Assembly (NCBI GenBank): GCA_964540825.1
Contig: CAZINT010000002.1
Location: 477-64,476, forward strand
Reading direction: 5' to 3'
DNA length: 64,000 bases
Source of the DNA: an uncultured Gammaproteobacteria bacterium
GTDB lineage: Bacteria; Patescibacteriota; Patescibacteriia; Magasanikbacterales; GWA2-37-8
In this document: positions 38,073 through 47,235 of the stretch, piece by piece
How positions within the stretch are numbered: position 1 is the first letter of the stretch
Layout of the letters: each line of letters begins with the position of its first letter
Notes under the pieces: model-generated
The model's input: the letters and a program-made list of their open reading frames with translations, nothing else
Database searches by the model: none
Told to the model about the DNA's origin: nothing
Program-made: the position numbers and the translations under genes

Positions 38073-38276
38073 ATCTGTTTACTTAGTGATAATTTTTTAG
38101 ATAGTAGCATGCGGTTCGAAGGTATGCTAGAGGGTAAAAATAAAAATGGCTTATTAAAGCCATTTTTATGCTTGCTCCCTTCGTTGGACGAGTTCAGAAC
38201 TATTGATTGGAAACAGTTGATGAAAGAAATAAGTTTTATTCCAAACTTTGCTACGGCTTAAGAAGAGGAACATTAT

Positions 38277-39221
38277 TTATTCAACTTTAGTTATTTCTTT
38301 TACAGGATACCCAAACCCTGCCCCGTCATTTCTAGCGGAATAAAGGCCCTCGTTTATGAACGTTAATTTTCCGGATTTATTAGTAACAAATTCAAAATCC
38401 ATTTCGCTCGTTATTTGTGATCCTAAAGCCTGCTGATTTGCTACCCAGACACTTTTGTTGCCATTTGGTGATTCCACCAATTTAACAAACCTTCTGTCCA
38501 AAGTTTTAACAGGAAGCTGCTGTATAACATTGGCTGCAAAATAAGCTCCGACTGAGTATTCGGCGAAAGGGTCGCCCGTGAAGGATCGTGGATTAGTCGA
38601 GTCGTATGGAACCATATGCTGAAAATAGGGATCGTAGAGCACAACTGTGTTTCCTTCGGCAGCCCGTAGCCAAACATGTCCAATGTCGTGTGGTCTCCGG
38701 TCTTTAAATAATGAAGAGGCTCCATATATCATCTGAGTGTTTATTTCCGGTCTAACGGCTTTTAGTAATCCGGCTGCTACCAAAACTTTGCCAGCGCAGG
38801 CGCTGTGCCCTTTTTCCACTATTTCTGAAACTCTGGTAATTCTCTCATCACGAGCATCAGAACGTATGGTTTTTTGAACAATTTCATCCAAATTACCCAT
38901 GGTTTCTTCTAAGTTTTGACCTTTTTTCAAGGAACTTTTTAACCTAGCTATCAACGGTTGTACTGTGACGGAGTCAAAATCTAATTTTAATGGTTGATGC
39001 TGTGTTTCTATACTATTATTTCCATAGAAAAAATTTTTATCATTCACGTCAAATTCAGGAAAACCGGCAACAATATGATGTCTGCCTTCCGGCACTTCTA
39101 TTGTTGTTTTTCTTATTCCCGCTTCGTTTATATCTCCAATTATTTTGAAATTTTTCCGCTCTAAAGTTTGAAGGAAAGAGCGTTTTGATTCTGGTTTGTG
39201 ACCTAGCTCAGGGTGTTTCAT
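38277..39221 (-). CDS. Transglutaminase/papain-like fold protein (island cargo)
   Basis: Candidate Cys-His-Asp triad in SACAGK, GHVWL and YDPY. Confidence 0.55.
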   Translation of the reverse strand: MKHPELGHKPESKRSFLQTLERKNFKIIGDINEAGIRKTTIEVPEGRHHIVAGFPEFDVNDKNFFYGNNSIETQHQPLKLDFDSVTVQPLIARLKSSLKKGQNLEETMGNLDEIVQKTIRSDARDERITRVSEIVEKGHSACAGKVLVAAGLLKAVRPEINTQMIYGASSLFKDRRPHDIGHVWLRAAEGNTVVLYDPYFQHMVPYDSTNPRSFTGDPFAEYSVGAYFAANVIQQLPVKTLDRRFVKLVESPNGNKSVWVANQQALGSQITSEMDFEFVTNKSGKLTFINEGLYSARNDGAGFGYPVKEITKVE

Positions 39222-39318
39222 AAATTGTTTTGATCGGGTAGAGCTGAAGGTTTAGTATAAAAAGTAATATTATTGTACTCTACGAAATAAAAATTATCTA
39301 GATGTACATATTTAAAAT

Positions 39319-39350
39319 AAAAATATTGGCTAATTTTAGCCAATATTTTT
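39319..39350 (-). terminator. Terminator after tRNA-Asn
   Basis: AAAATATTGGCTAA-TTAGCCAATATTTT inverted repeat. Confidence 0.75.
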
Positions 39351-39355
39351 GAACG

Positions 39356-39427
39356 CTCCCGGGGTCGGATTCGAACCGACGACCAATTGGTTAACAGCCA
39401 ACTGCGCTACCGCTGCGCTACCCGGGA
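39356..39427 (-). tRNA. tRNA-Asn(GTT), CCA not encoded
   Basis: Full cloverleaf TCCCGGG TA GCGC AGCGGTA GCGC A GTTGG CTGTTAA CCAAT TGGTC GTCGG TTCGAAT CCGAC CCCGGGA G. Confidence 0.97.
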
Positions 39428-39433
39428 ATATAT

Positions 39434-39673
39434 TTATTTTCGTGATCCGTACGCTTCAGGGTTTAAAATATCTCTATCGTCTGGACCGTATTTTACACGT
39501 TTCGGTGTAACTGCCCCTGCCGATGGAGAAGGAACAAAACGATCTCCCACGATTTCTCCTTTTTTTGGTTCCGTAATAACATTATCGAGCATGCCTCCGT
39601 ACGGAAGTTCTGACAAAGATTGACGCGCCACCAAAAGAGGGGTTGATGGCGGTGAAAAGCGTCTTTTGCTCAT
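39434..39673 (-). CDS. Small hypothetical protein, probably co-transcribed with tRNA-Asn
   Basis: ATG at 39673 follows a consensus promoter; the stop lies 6 nt before the tRNA. Confidence 0.45.
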   Translation of the reverse strand: MSKRRFSPPSTPLLVARQSLSELPYGGMLDNVITEPKKGEIVGDRFVPSPSAGAVTPKRVKYGPDDRDILNPEAYGSRK

Positions 39674-39692
39674 ATATTCTAAGAACGGTACT

Positions 39693-39721
39693 AGTATAGC
39701 GAAGCATTTTTGACCTGTCAA
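39693..39721 (-). promoter_or_regulatory. Sigma-70 promoter
   Basis: TTGACA-17 bp-TATACT. Confidence 0.75.
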
Positions 39722-39724
39722 CCA

Positions 39725-41050
39725 TTATAACAGTTGATAATTCTTAGCCGGCTCTTTCACGCGATTAAACACCACATCCATTATATTCTTTACCCCAAAT
39801 TGGCGTCCATCCAGGTATCCTGACATAGCCGCTTCCGCCAGCCATCCCGAGTTGACCCAGTCAAAAAGCCATTCGTGAGTATATCGCGGGTCGTTTTGGC
39901 TGATACCGCCATCAATAGTTTTGAGCCAAATGCGATTAAACTTTTCTTGGCTGCCAAGAGATGGTGCCATGATGATCGGGAGACCTAGCCCCGAGTAAAA
40001 AACGAGTTCACTGGGTTTAGTCCAAAGAATGTCTGTGGTGCGCAGTGCCTCATTAAAGATTTTAAAATATTCTTCTTTATCTGCAGCAAAAATGATCTTA
40101 AGATTTTTGTTAAGGCGTTTATCAAGGCCGAGTTCGAAAATACGTTGTTTGAAGTACAGGTAAACGTCGTTGCGGCTGCCTGCAACGAGATTAAGGTTAA
40201 TTTTTTTCTTAAGAAGTGTATCTTTAAGACTATACAAAATAGCCTCGGCAATTTTGCGCTGCGCACCAGCTCCGCCTACGGCGAAGGTGAGTGTAAGCGG
40301 GTGGTGGTGGCGGACACCGAGTTTTGTTTTTGAAATAAACTGTTTAATAGTGGAAGCATATTTTTGGCGATAGCGCTGTTCGGGGTCAAGGTTAATAATG
40401 CGCTCCGCCAAATCGTGCTGTAGTGTTTTTAAATGTGTGGAACCAATATTTTCCTCAGGGAGCGGGAAGCCGGTCAAGAAAATATTTTCGTTTTTAATGC
40501 CATAGAGCTTAAGACGACTAACTACCTGACGACACGGTGCGAAGTATTTAATACGGCTTTTAGTGGGGTGGAGCGGTGCCCAGGCGCGGCTGATGTCTGA
40601 ATCGCAAATAACCACGTAGATATCGTTTTTGAAACCGTGTTCTTCGGCCATAAACGCTACGGTAAAAAACGTGGTAATAAGGGGAATGTTTTTTTGATTA
40701 AGGTAATTGACAAGGTCTTTGCCCCAACCTTTATGTATTAAATAATAATTTTGACGTACCTGGAGGTTTGGTGCTGATAAGTCTCGGCGCGGATAAAATG
40801 GCGGAACTTCTTGAAATTTATCGAGTAAACCAAAAATGATACCGCCAATAAGTGGAAGGTTACTCAGGCGCGAAACAGATTCATACAATTTTTGACCGCC
40901 ATGCCACAGTTGGTAATCACTTGCCGGTATACCATTGTATTTGTTGGCAATAATAACTTTCCCGGTAGGGGAGAGGTGGCGCAGGGGATACGCCGCACGC
41001 TGGTGCCCATATCCCATATCAACAGCCACTACCCAAGCCTCCTTTTTCAT
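39725..41050 (-). CDS. GT-B glycosyltransferase-like protein (MGDG synthase/MurG-like)
   Basis: VDMGYGHQRAA, TGFPL, GGAG and DILWTKPSEL...GLPII...GSQEKFN motifs. Confidence 0.72.
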   Translation of the reverse strand: MKKEAWVVAVDMGYGHQRAAYPLRHLSPTGKVIIANKYNGIPASDYQLWHGGQKLYESVSRLSNLPLIGGIIFGLLDKFQEVPPFYPRRDLSAPNLQVRQNYYLIHKGWGKDLVNYLNQKNIPLITTFFTVAFMAEEHGFKNDIYVVICDSDISRAWAPLHPTKSRIKYFAPCRQVVSRLKLYGIKNENIFLTGFPLPEENIGSTHLKTLQHDLAERIINLDPEQRYRQKYASTIKQFISKTKLGVRHHHPLTLTFAVGGAGAQRKIAEAILYSLKDTLLKKKINLNLVAGSRNDVYLYFKQRIFELGLDKRLNKNLKIIFAADKEEYFKIFNEALRTTDILWTKPSELVFYSGLGLPIIMAPSLGSQEKFNRIWLKTIDGGISQNDPRYTHEWLFDWVNSGWLAEAAMSGYLDGRQFGVKNIMDVVFNRVKEPAKNYQLL

Positions 41051-41183
41051 AATAAACGAGAGAGAGCTTTTGAACGTACTCGAAAATTTCAAGTGAGATT
41101 CAAAAATGTAACAAGCAAAGTAAGTATACTACAGAAATAAAAAAAATTCTACGAACTGTAGAATTTTTGGAGCAACTATTTTT

Positions 41184-41879
41184 TTAAGACTTTCGTTTGT
41201 TTTGCGCAAAGAGAAAGCCCATGGTCTTTTCAAATTTGGAAGGAAATATTTCCACGCTAAACCCGTGTTCACGCAGGCACGTTTCGATTAACTTGTAGGT
41301 TTTTGATTTAGTATTGTGATATTCAAGAATGATTGTTTCAATCATGCCGAAATCTTTATCGTCCCAACTGTCAAAAATTACATACTCGCCACCCTCAATA
41401 TCCATTTTAACGAGTGAAATTTTAGTAAGAGCGTACAGCGAGCATACTTCACTCAAAGAAATTGTTGCCACGCGAATTTTTTTGCCATCGCCTTTAAATG
41501 GTCGTTCAATGTAATGATTGTGGTTATCGCCAGCAATCATCAGATTTGCTCTACCGGTTTGATCGTGAAGCGCTTTTGGAATAATGGCTACATTGATAAG
41601 TTTATTTTGTTCGACAGTTGTTTGGAGTGCTTCCAGATTGTTTGGTTCAGGTTCAAGTGCAAAAATAGGTACGTTCGGGTTAAGGGCGTGTGCGTAGAGA
41701 CTAAAAAAACCGGCGTGCGCCCCGACATCTATAATAGGGTATGTTGCAGCTCGTATTTTTTCATCAGCCCGGCGATATTCATGTAATTTAAAAATTTCAG
41801 CAAAAACACTCCTATCCGCCTCATCACGGAGGGAAACCGTAAATATTTTATCATTGAACGTAAAAGTTCTTTTTTCCAT
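41184..41879 (-). CDS. FkbM family methyltransferase
   Basis: IIDVGAHAGFFS, ALEPEP.N, KMDIEGGEY and LEYH motifs. Confidence 0.9.
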   Translation of the reverse strand: MEKRTFTFNDKIFTVSLRDEADRSVFAEIFKLHEYRRADEKIRAATYPIIDVGAHAGFFSLYAHALNPNVPIFALEPEPNNLEALQTTVEQNKLINVAIIPKALHDQTGRANLMIAGDNHNHYIERPFKGDGKKIRVATISLSEVCSLYALTKISLVKMDIEGGEYVIFDSWDDKDFGMIETIILEYHNTKSKTYKLIETCLREHGFSVEIFPSKFEKTMGFLFAQNKRKS

Positions 41880-42009
41880 AGTTTGCCTAGTATAACAGTT
41901 TTTGAATCTATTTCAATAAAAAACCGGATCCAGCCTCAAAGTTCTATGATTAGAGCAGTAAGACGGGATCCGGTTGGATTCACTGCTGGGCTTGCGCCGG
42001 GCCATGAAT

Positions 42010-42321
42010 TTACTCGGATGGAAAGAGCGATTGTTCAAGCGCAAAGGGCGGTTGAATGCCTAGGTTCGATTGCGTGATCGTGTGGTCGGCAACCGTTTTT
42101 GCGTGCGTGATTGTTTCGACTGTAGAGAGGCAGTCGACGTTTTCCATGTAAAGTCTCGGATGCCGAAGATCTTTTTCTGCTTCAGTCAGCTCCAGGTATG
42201 GTTTACTATTGAAATCTGCCTGTGCAGTTGAAATTGTCGACGTGACCAAGATCATGTCTTCGCTGCTCGGAGAAGCTTCTCCGAGAACGGTAATGGCATA
42301 TGCCAGGTTTTTTTCACCCAT
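42010..42321 (-). CDS. Orphan hypothetical protein (cassette)
   Basis: GAGGA SD, TTGACA-17-TATGAC promoter, and a hairpin at 41922-41975 downstream. Confidence 0.5.
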   Translation of the reverse strand: MGEKNLAYAITVLGEASPSSEDMILVTSTISTAQADFNSKPYLELTEAEKDLRHPRLYMENVDCLSTVETITHAKTVADHTITQSNLGIQPPFALEQSLFPSE

Positions 42322-42604
42322 GAATTCCTCACTTTAAGCTGTTTAACGTCATACATCTTTTTTAAGCAGTTGTCAAGATAGTTTCCCAAAAAAACCTTAT
42401 ACATTAGCCAAAAATAAACTTTTAAATTTTTTATGTACTTAGTAATTTTTTAGGATTGACAAAACACCTTTTTTATGCTAGGATTGAACGTTTTGAAAAG
42501 TAACCCGACGATTAATTTCGGCTCGTTGGGCTGCAGGTTCTCGAGTGGAGCTATTTGCAAGCTCCATTTGGAGAGGACCTGTTTTTCGATCAAGGAGTCA
42601 TCAC

Positions 42605-43813
42605 ATGCCGATCCAGTCTGTCGTCACCCCGATCACCTCCAACCTCAGCGATGGCGTCCCCGAGCTGCTTGGGGATGACAAGGACACCGACCGCATGGTC
42701 GTTCCGCCCTTTGTCCAGCCCCCCATGATTGGCCTTGCGCCCCCCGAGCGCGCGGTCCTGGAGGCGTACGCGCGGTTCTACGCCATGCTCAACCCCCAGC
42801 TCGAATTTCCGCAGCCAAGGATCATTGATGGCCAGTACTACTGCGGCATGCCCGCTGGCCTCCCGTGCTGCGACCGATCCTTCACGGTCGACAGGTGGAG
42901 CATCCGTAGCGGTATCGTGATCGGGATTTGCCAGCAGGCGAGTGTTGTTTTCGTGAAGGTGAACAATCACGAGTACCCCGCGGCCAAGCACCTCCTCTGG
43001 ACCGGCTCCCTGACCCGGGCCAGGGAGATCGCCGCCAACCAGGCAGAGAAGATCCAGCGCCCGCCCGCCCAGGCCCGCCCCGTGCGTCGTCGCCCCGAGG
43101 ATCTCGTGGTCAAGCCGACGTCCGGTACGATCTTCCGTCCCATCCCTCCGAAGAAGGTGTTCGTCCCGGCCGCGGTCACCCCCGCGCCTGCGATCACTAT
43201 CACCGTGGCCACCCCGGCCGCTGTCATCAAGGAGGACAAGAACAAGGGTGCCGAGAAGCGCGTCGCCCGCAAGACCAAGGTCCACGAGCTCACCTCGCGC
43301 CTCCGCCTCGTCGGCATGGAGGAGAACGAGGCCTCCAGCGCCGCCGAACGAGTGGCGTACAAGTTCGAGAAGAAGACCGGTAGCGAATTGACCCCAGAGG
43401 ATAGTGCGTCGAACATCTTCGGCAGCGCCATCGACGGGCTTCTCGAGGCCGCCGCGACCTTCGGGGAAGATAACGCCGAGTATCAGGTCAAGATCAGGCT
43501 GTGCCGCTACTACCTGGCGGCCTCCACTATCCTCGAGTCGATCCTGACCGGAGAGACCGACGTGGAGCAGATCAAGCGCCACGACCACCCCGAGATCATG
43601 GACAAGATCGTGAGCATGCTCGCGGCTGTCAAGCATGAGCTCGCGGATCGTGCGGCCATCGCTCGCGCCCACGCCGTGCCCAGCGAGAAGCCCTTCGCTG
43701 TCGTCGAGGGCCACCGCCGACGCCCGACCCCGGTCGCGCCCACCAAGAAGCTCGGGGGTGGTCAGAACGCCAACAAGAACAACAACCAGGCCCGCGGCAA
43801 GCGCGGGCAGTAG
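42605..43813 (+). CDS. Very GC-rich orphan protein
   Basis: AAGGAG SD, TTGACA-17-TAGGAT promoter (42456-42484), strong G/C third-position bias, and three hairpins plus a T-tract after the stop. Confidence 0.75.
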   Translation: MPIQSVVTPITSNLSDGVPELLGDDKDTDRMVVPPFVQPPMIGLAPPERAVLEAYARFYAMLNPQLEFPQPRIIDGQYYCGMPAGLPCCDRSFTVDRWSIRSGIVIGICQQASVVFVKVNNHEYPAAKHLLWTGSLTRAREIAANQAEKIQRPPAQARPVRRRPEDLVVKPTSGTIFRPIPPKKVFVPAAVTPAPAITITVATPAAVIKEDKNKGAEKRVARKTKVHELTSRLRLVGMEENEASSAAERVAYKFEKKTGSELTPEDSASNIFGSAIDGLLEAAATFGEDNAEYQVKIRLCRYYLAASTILESILTGETDVEQIKRHDHPEIMDKIVSMLAAVKHELADRAAIARAHAVPSEKPFAVVEGHRRRPTPVAPTKKLGGGQNANKNNNQARGKRGQ

Positions 43814-43996
43814 GAGTAACCGAGGTCTTCGTGCCTCGGCAGCGCCTCGAATTTTCGAGCGCGGCCCCGTCTTCGGGACCGCGCTCTTTCTTTTTTAAGG
43901 AAAAATATTTTATTCAAATAAAGATAATCAGGTTAAGGTTGCCTTTTTACAGCTTTCGAGTATACTGAAGACATAGTTACTTATCTAATCATGTGT

Positions 43997-44602
43997 ATGA
44001 TTAAAATTTACGGTTCAGCTCAGAGCAGCGCAGCGCGTTCTATTTGGATGCTGGAAGAACTTGAAGTACCTTATGAACAGCAGTCGCTTAATTTTAAGGA
44101 AAAAGAGCACAAATCCGAATGGTATCTTAAATTAAATCCTAACGGTAAAGTACCAACTTTAACGGATGGTGAATTTGTACTGTGGGAGTCCTGCGCGATC
44201 AATGATTATTTAGCCGAAAAATATCGCCCTGAAATGCTTGGTACGACGCCCGAAGAACGCGCTCTTGTTGCTCAGTGGACCTATTGGAGTTTACTCCATC
44301 TTCAACGCAACATTGATCCAATTTTGTATTTTATGATGTTTAAAATGGGAACAGAGGAGGCTGCCAATCAAGGGCGTATTGATGTTGTGCGCTATCTTGA
44401 GGTGCTTAATCTTTCACTTGCCAGTAAAGAGCATATTGTTGGTAGCACATTTACAGTTGCAGACTTAAATCTGGCTTCAATTATCCATATGGCAACGCAG
44501 GTACAGGTAGATCTATCAACTTACGGCAATATTATTGCCTGGTTTGAAAAAATTAAAGCTCGACCATCGTATGCCAAGTTGATGCAAAAAATGCAGGGTT
44601 AG
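43997..44602 (+). CDS. Glutathione S-transferase family protein
   Basis: LNPNGKVPTL.DG.FVLWES.AI and FTVADL motifs. Confidence 0.92.
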   Translation: MIKIYGSAQSSAARSIWMLEELEVPYEQQSLNFKEKEHKSEWYLKLNPNGKVPTLTDGEFVLWESCAINDYLAEKYRPEMLGTTPEERALVAQWTYWSLLHLQRNIDPILYFMMFKMGTEEAANQGRIDVVRYLEVLNLSLASKEHIVGSTFTVADLNLASIIHMATQVQVDLSTYGNIIAWFEKIKARPSYAKLMQKMQG

Positions 44603-44701
44603 AAAATTATTAAAATAGTCCGGAACTTGCCGGACTATTTTTTATTGTGTAATTGCTGTTTTAGTGTAAATGAGGTATACTTTTTATAAAAATATCAATG
44701 T

Positions 44702-45370
44702 ATGTGTTTTTCTCCAACCGCTAGTTTTGCTGCTGGTGTTGCCATTGGCACTGTAGGCATAGCAACACTTAAAAATGTAAAAGATCGCCGCGAAATACCT
44801 TTTGCGCTTGTTCCGCTTATTTTTGGTATTCAACAAATTATAGAAGGGTTTGTGTGGTTGTCGTTTGGGTGGGAACCGGGCTTACATCAAACCTTTGCAG
44901 TTATATATTCTATTTTTGCGCTGTCAGTCTGGCCCATGTGTTTGCCGGTGGCCATTCTTCTTTTAGAAAATCATGAATTTAGACAAAAAATTCTCATGGT
45001 AATTAGTTTAGCTGGCATTGCGGTTGGCGGGTTCTTGCTGTATCGGGTTTTTGCCCATCCACCCACGGCCTATGTACTTAATAGCTGCATTCATTACGAT
45101 GTAGTAACTCCGTATAGTAATTTGCTGTGGGCCGCGTATGTGCTTGTGGTTGTGGGGGCAGGAGTGGTTTCAAGCAAAAAAACAGTGCAAGTATTTGGCG
45201 CCGTACTTTTAGGTTCGTTGTTATTTGCCGTTCATCAGTATAAAGAAAACGCCATTTCGGTGTGGTGCTTTTTTTCCGCACTCCTTAGTGCTGTGGTGTA
45301 TTGGCATTTTAATCGATTGCCTACTAAAAAAAATAATAAAAGGTCTTTAAAACACGAAGCCGGCAGATGA
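44702..45370 (+). CDS. Seven-TM membrane protein (DUF6629-like)
   Basis: MCFSPTASF, PLIFGIQQIIEG and ISVWCFFSA motifs. Confidence 0.78.
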   Translation: MCFSPTASFAAGVAIGTVGIATLKNVKDRREIPFALVPLIFGIQQIIEGFVWLSFGWEPGLHQTFAVIYSIFALSVWPMCLPVAILLLENHEFRQKILMVISLAGIAVGGFLLYRVFAHPPTAYVLNSCIHYDVVTPYSNLLWAAYVLVVVGAGVVSSKKTVQVFGAVLLGSLLFAVHQYKENAISVWCFFSALLSAVVYWHFNRLPTKKNNKRSLKHEAGR

Positions 45371-45405
45371 CCAATCTGTCGGCTTTTTTGAAAATGAGCG
45401 GGTGG

Positions 45406-46053
45406 TTATGTGCACTGCTCGAGCGCTGATTTCGCGAGCTGGTAGGCATAGGCGTTGTCGATCAGCCGCTCAAGAGCCGGGCAGCCTCGGAACATCACGG
45501 ACGCTCTTCTGCCCAGCTTCACCGTAAGGCTTTTCCTCAAATTCGGGCCCGGGATGCGGGTCGCTTCGAAAACCTCCGTGATGCTGAGTGATTGCTCAAT
45601 GCGCCGTGCAACATCCTGGTGTATGAGCGCAACAGCGCTCAGCGCTTGGGGAATGGTTGCCCGAAAATCCACTTCGCAGAGCTTCGCAATACTCTGCATC
45701 GCTGCTTCAAAACCACCGCTTTGCCCGGGGGTTTTATTGCCCTGGATCAAAAGCTTCGTCTTGAGGGTCACACCGGCACCAATGAGAACCGCCTTGAGGG
45801 GGTCGGTCGAAGTGGTGTCGGCGGATTTGACGGCCATTAATCCATCAACGATATCGTAGACATTCGCCCGCGCGAGCAGAGGGTGGTCGGCCCTCAAGCT
45901 TGGTGCGCCAAGGAGCACGCCGACGTGCCTAAAGAAACGAAACGAGGCGTGCCCGCTGCTGACGCTATCAGCCAACCACTGGAAGAGACTTTGGCTGCGC
46001 AGTTCGGCCGGCAGAATCTCCTTCCCGGTCAGGTTAGAGACAGTTGCGTTCAT
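45406..46053 (-). CDS. Orphan hypothetical protein (GC-rich cassette)
   Basis: GGAGG SD 6 nt before ATG, TTGACA-17-TACAAC promoter, and a hairpin at 45359-45389. Confidence 0.65.
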   Translation of the reverse strand: MNATVSNLTGKEILPAELRSQSLFQWLADSVSSGHASFRFFRHVGVLLGAPSLRADHPLLARANVYDIVDGLMAVKSADTTSTDPLKAVLIGAGVTLKTKLLIQGNKTPGQSGGFEAAMQSIAKLCEVDFRATIPQALSAVALIHQDVARRIEQSLSITEVFEATRIPGPNLRKSLTVKLGRRASVMFRGCPALERLIDNAYAYQLAKSALEQCT

Positions 46054-46221
46054 TGGGTTCCTCCGCAAGATAGTAAGGAAGCGTTGTTGTTTTTCGTTTG
46101 TTTTTTTAAAACGAATAGCCAGTGTTGTAAAACTTTCTCGGGTGCTTGTCAATACTTTTTGGCAATAGCCTGTGTATATGATATAGTGATTGCGACTTAC
46201 TTATTAAATTTAAGATTTTGT

Positions 46222-46911
46222 ATGCGTCAACCAATTGGATTACTCACAATTTTTGCAGCCAGTATAGTGCTTATATGCACTGGTTGCGGCGCAAGCACAA
46301 AGGAGCAAACAACCGCGACAGTACCTGTACCACAATCACAGCCGACAGATGCAATGACAAATCCTTCAGACACCACTAAGACACTTGAAGAAAATACTGC
46401 CATGGCAGCAAAAGTTGATAGCGCTTCTTCAGAAGGCGCTGCCACCAATCTTGCTATCGGGGTTACTGCTAATACTAACGTAAACACAGCACTAAAAACC
46501 CAGCTTGAAGCTTCGTATAATAACCTCGTTCAGGTAATTGCTTCGGGAGACAAAGATGGTTTCGTAATGATTATGGATCCAGAGAAAAAAAGCCCGTCCC
46601 CGACAGATGATCAGTGGAAACAAGCCTTACCGGTAATTAGTAAGACATTCCCTGCGCTCAGTACGACTCAATTCTTAAAAATTGACCAAAAAAACGAAAC
46701 GCGCGCATATTATTATTACCTTACGAATCTACAAGACAAAAGTTACACTTCGGTAAATGTTGCCATTTTCAACAAAATTAATGGTGAGTGGAAAATCTCT
46801 GGAAATATTTTTAGCTCCAATTTTCCAAAATCCAGCGATGAGGCTAAAGAAAAAGAGGCTATTGTCAAGGCAACGGCGAGTTTGAGTGCAAAGGCCGATA
46901 ATGCCGAATAA
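46222..46911 (+). CDS. Putative lipoprotein with NTF2-like C-terminal domain
   Basis: Lipobox ICTGC, Thr-rich linker and FNKINGEWKI. Confidence 0.7.
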   Translation: MRQPIGLLTIFAASIVLICTGCGASTKEQTTATVPVPQSQPTDAMTNPSDTTKTLEENTAMAAKVDSASSEGAATNLAIGVTANTNVNTALKTQLEASYNNLVQVIASGDKDGFVMIMDPEKKSPSPTDDQWKQALPVISKTFPALSTTQFLKIDQKNETRAYYYYLTNLQDKSYTSVNVAIFNKINGEWKISGNIFSSNFPKSSDEAKEKEAIVKATASLSAKADNAE

Positions 46912-47015
46912 TTGAATAACGTAGGCTAAAATCAGCTCAACAAAGAGCTGATTTTGATTTAAGAAGAGTTATCCACTTGTACTTTTATTTGAGGGGTGTA
47001 CGGTAGATATATACA

Positions 47016-47174
47016 GAGGGAAAGAACATCACTATCTAAAACAGTGTGTAACCAAGGAAAAAACTTTCGTTATGTAAAGCCCTGCCGCGTGCTAGGACTG
47101 GTCAGCGGATGAGCTTTCGTAATCGGAACAAGTATCCTTGTTATGCATTTTTTAAGGTAGTGATCCTGTCCCTC
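47016..47174 (+). ncRNA. ssrS: Probable 6S RNA
   Basis: Rod fold with a central bubble: GAGGGA/TCCCTC, ATCACTATCT/AGGTAGTGAT, GTGTGTAA/TTATGCAT, CAAGGA/TCCTTG, bubble, TTATG/CGTAA, AAAGC/GCTTT, CCGC/GCGG; candidate promoter and terminator flank it. Confidence 0.65.
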
Positions 47175-47186
47175 CGCTATAAAGCC

Positions 47187-47217
47187 AGGCAACGCGAAAC
47201 CCACGTTGCCTATTTTT
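47187..47217 (+). terminator. Intrinsic terminator after the 6S-like RNA
   Basis: AGGCAACG-loop-CGTTGCCT-ATTTTT. Confidence 0.7.
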
Positions 47218-47235
47218 AAGTAGTAGTATAGTCCT

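Larger units (their letters stand above)
36343..39355 (-). mobile_element. tRNA-Asn-anchored island of tandem single-gene units with att-like remnants; no integrase
   Basis: tRNA-3'-like GGAGC/GAGC plus hairpin units at about 36343-36430, 37248-37324 and 38112-38210; 36363-36408 and 38133-38178 are identical at 41 of 46 positions. Confidence 0.65.

Noticed and set aside
37878-38261. Plus-strand 127-aa ORF as a real gene
   Set aside because: It is mostly antisense to the PurO-like gene; only its tail is informative, as an att-junction remnant.
42590-43714. Long antisense ORF (374 aa) and other overlapping frames
   Set aside because: Expected by-product of the extreme GC3 bias of the plus-strand gene.
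45883-46221. N-terminal extension of the 342-aa ORF
   Set aside because: It overlaps the divergent orphan and promoters; the lipoprotein signal starts at 46222.
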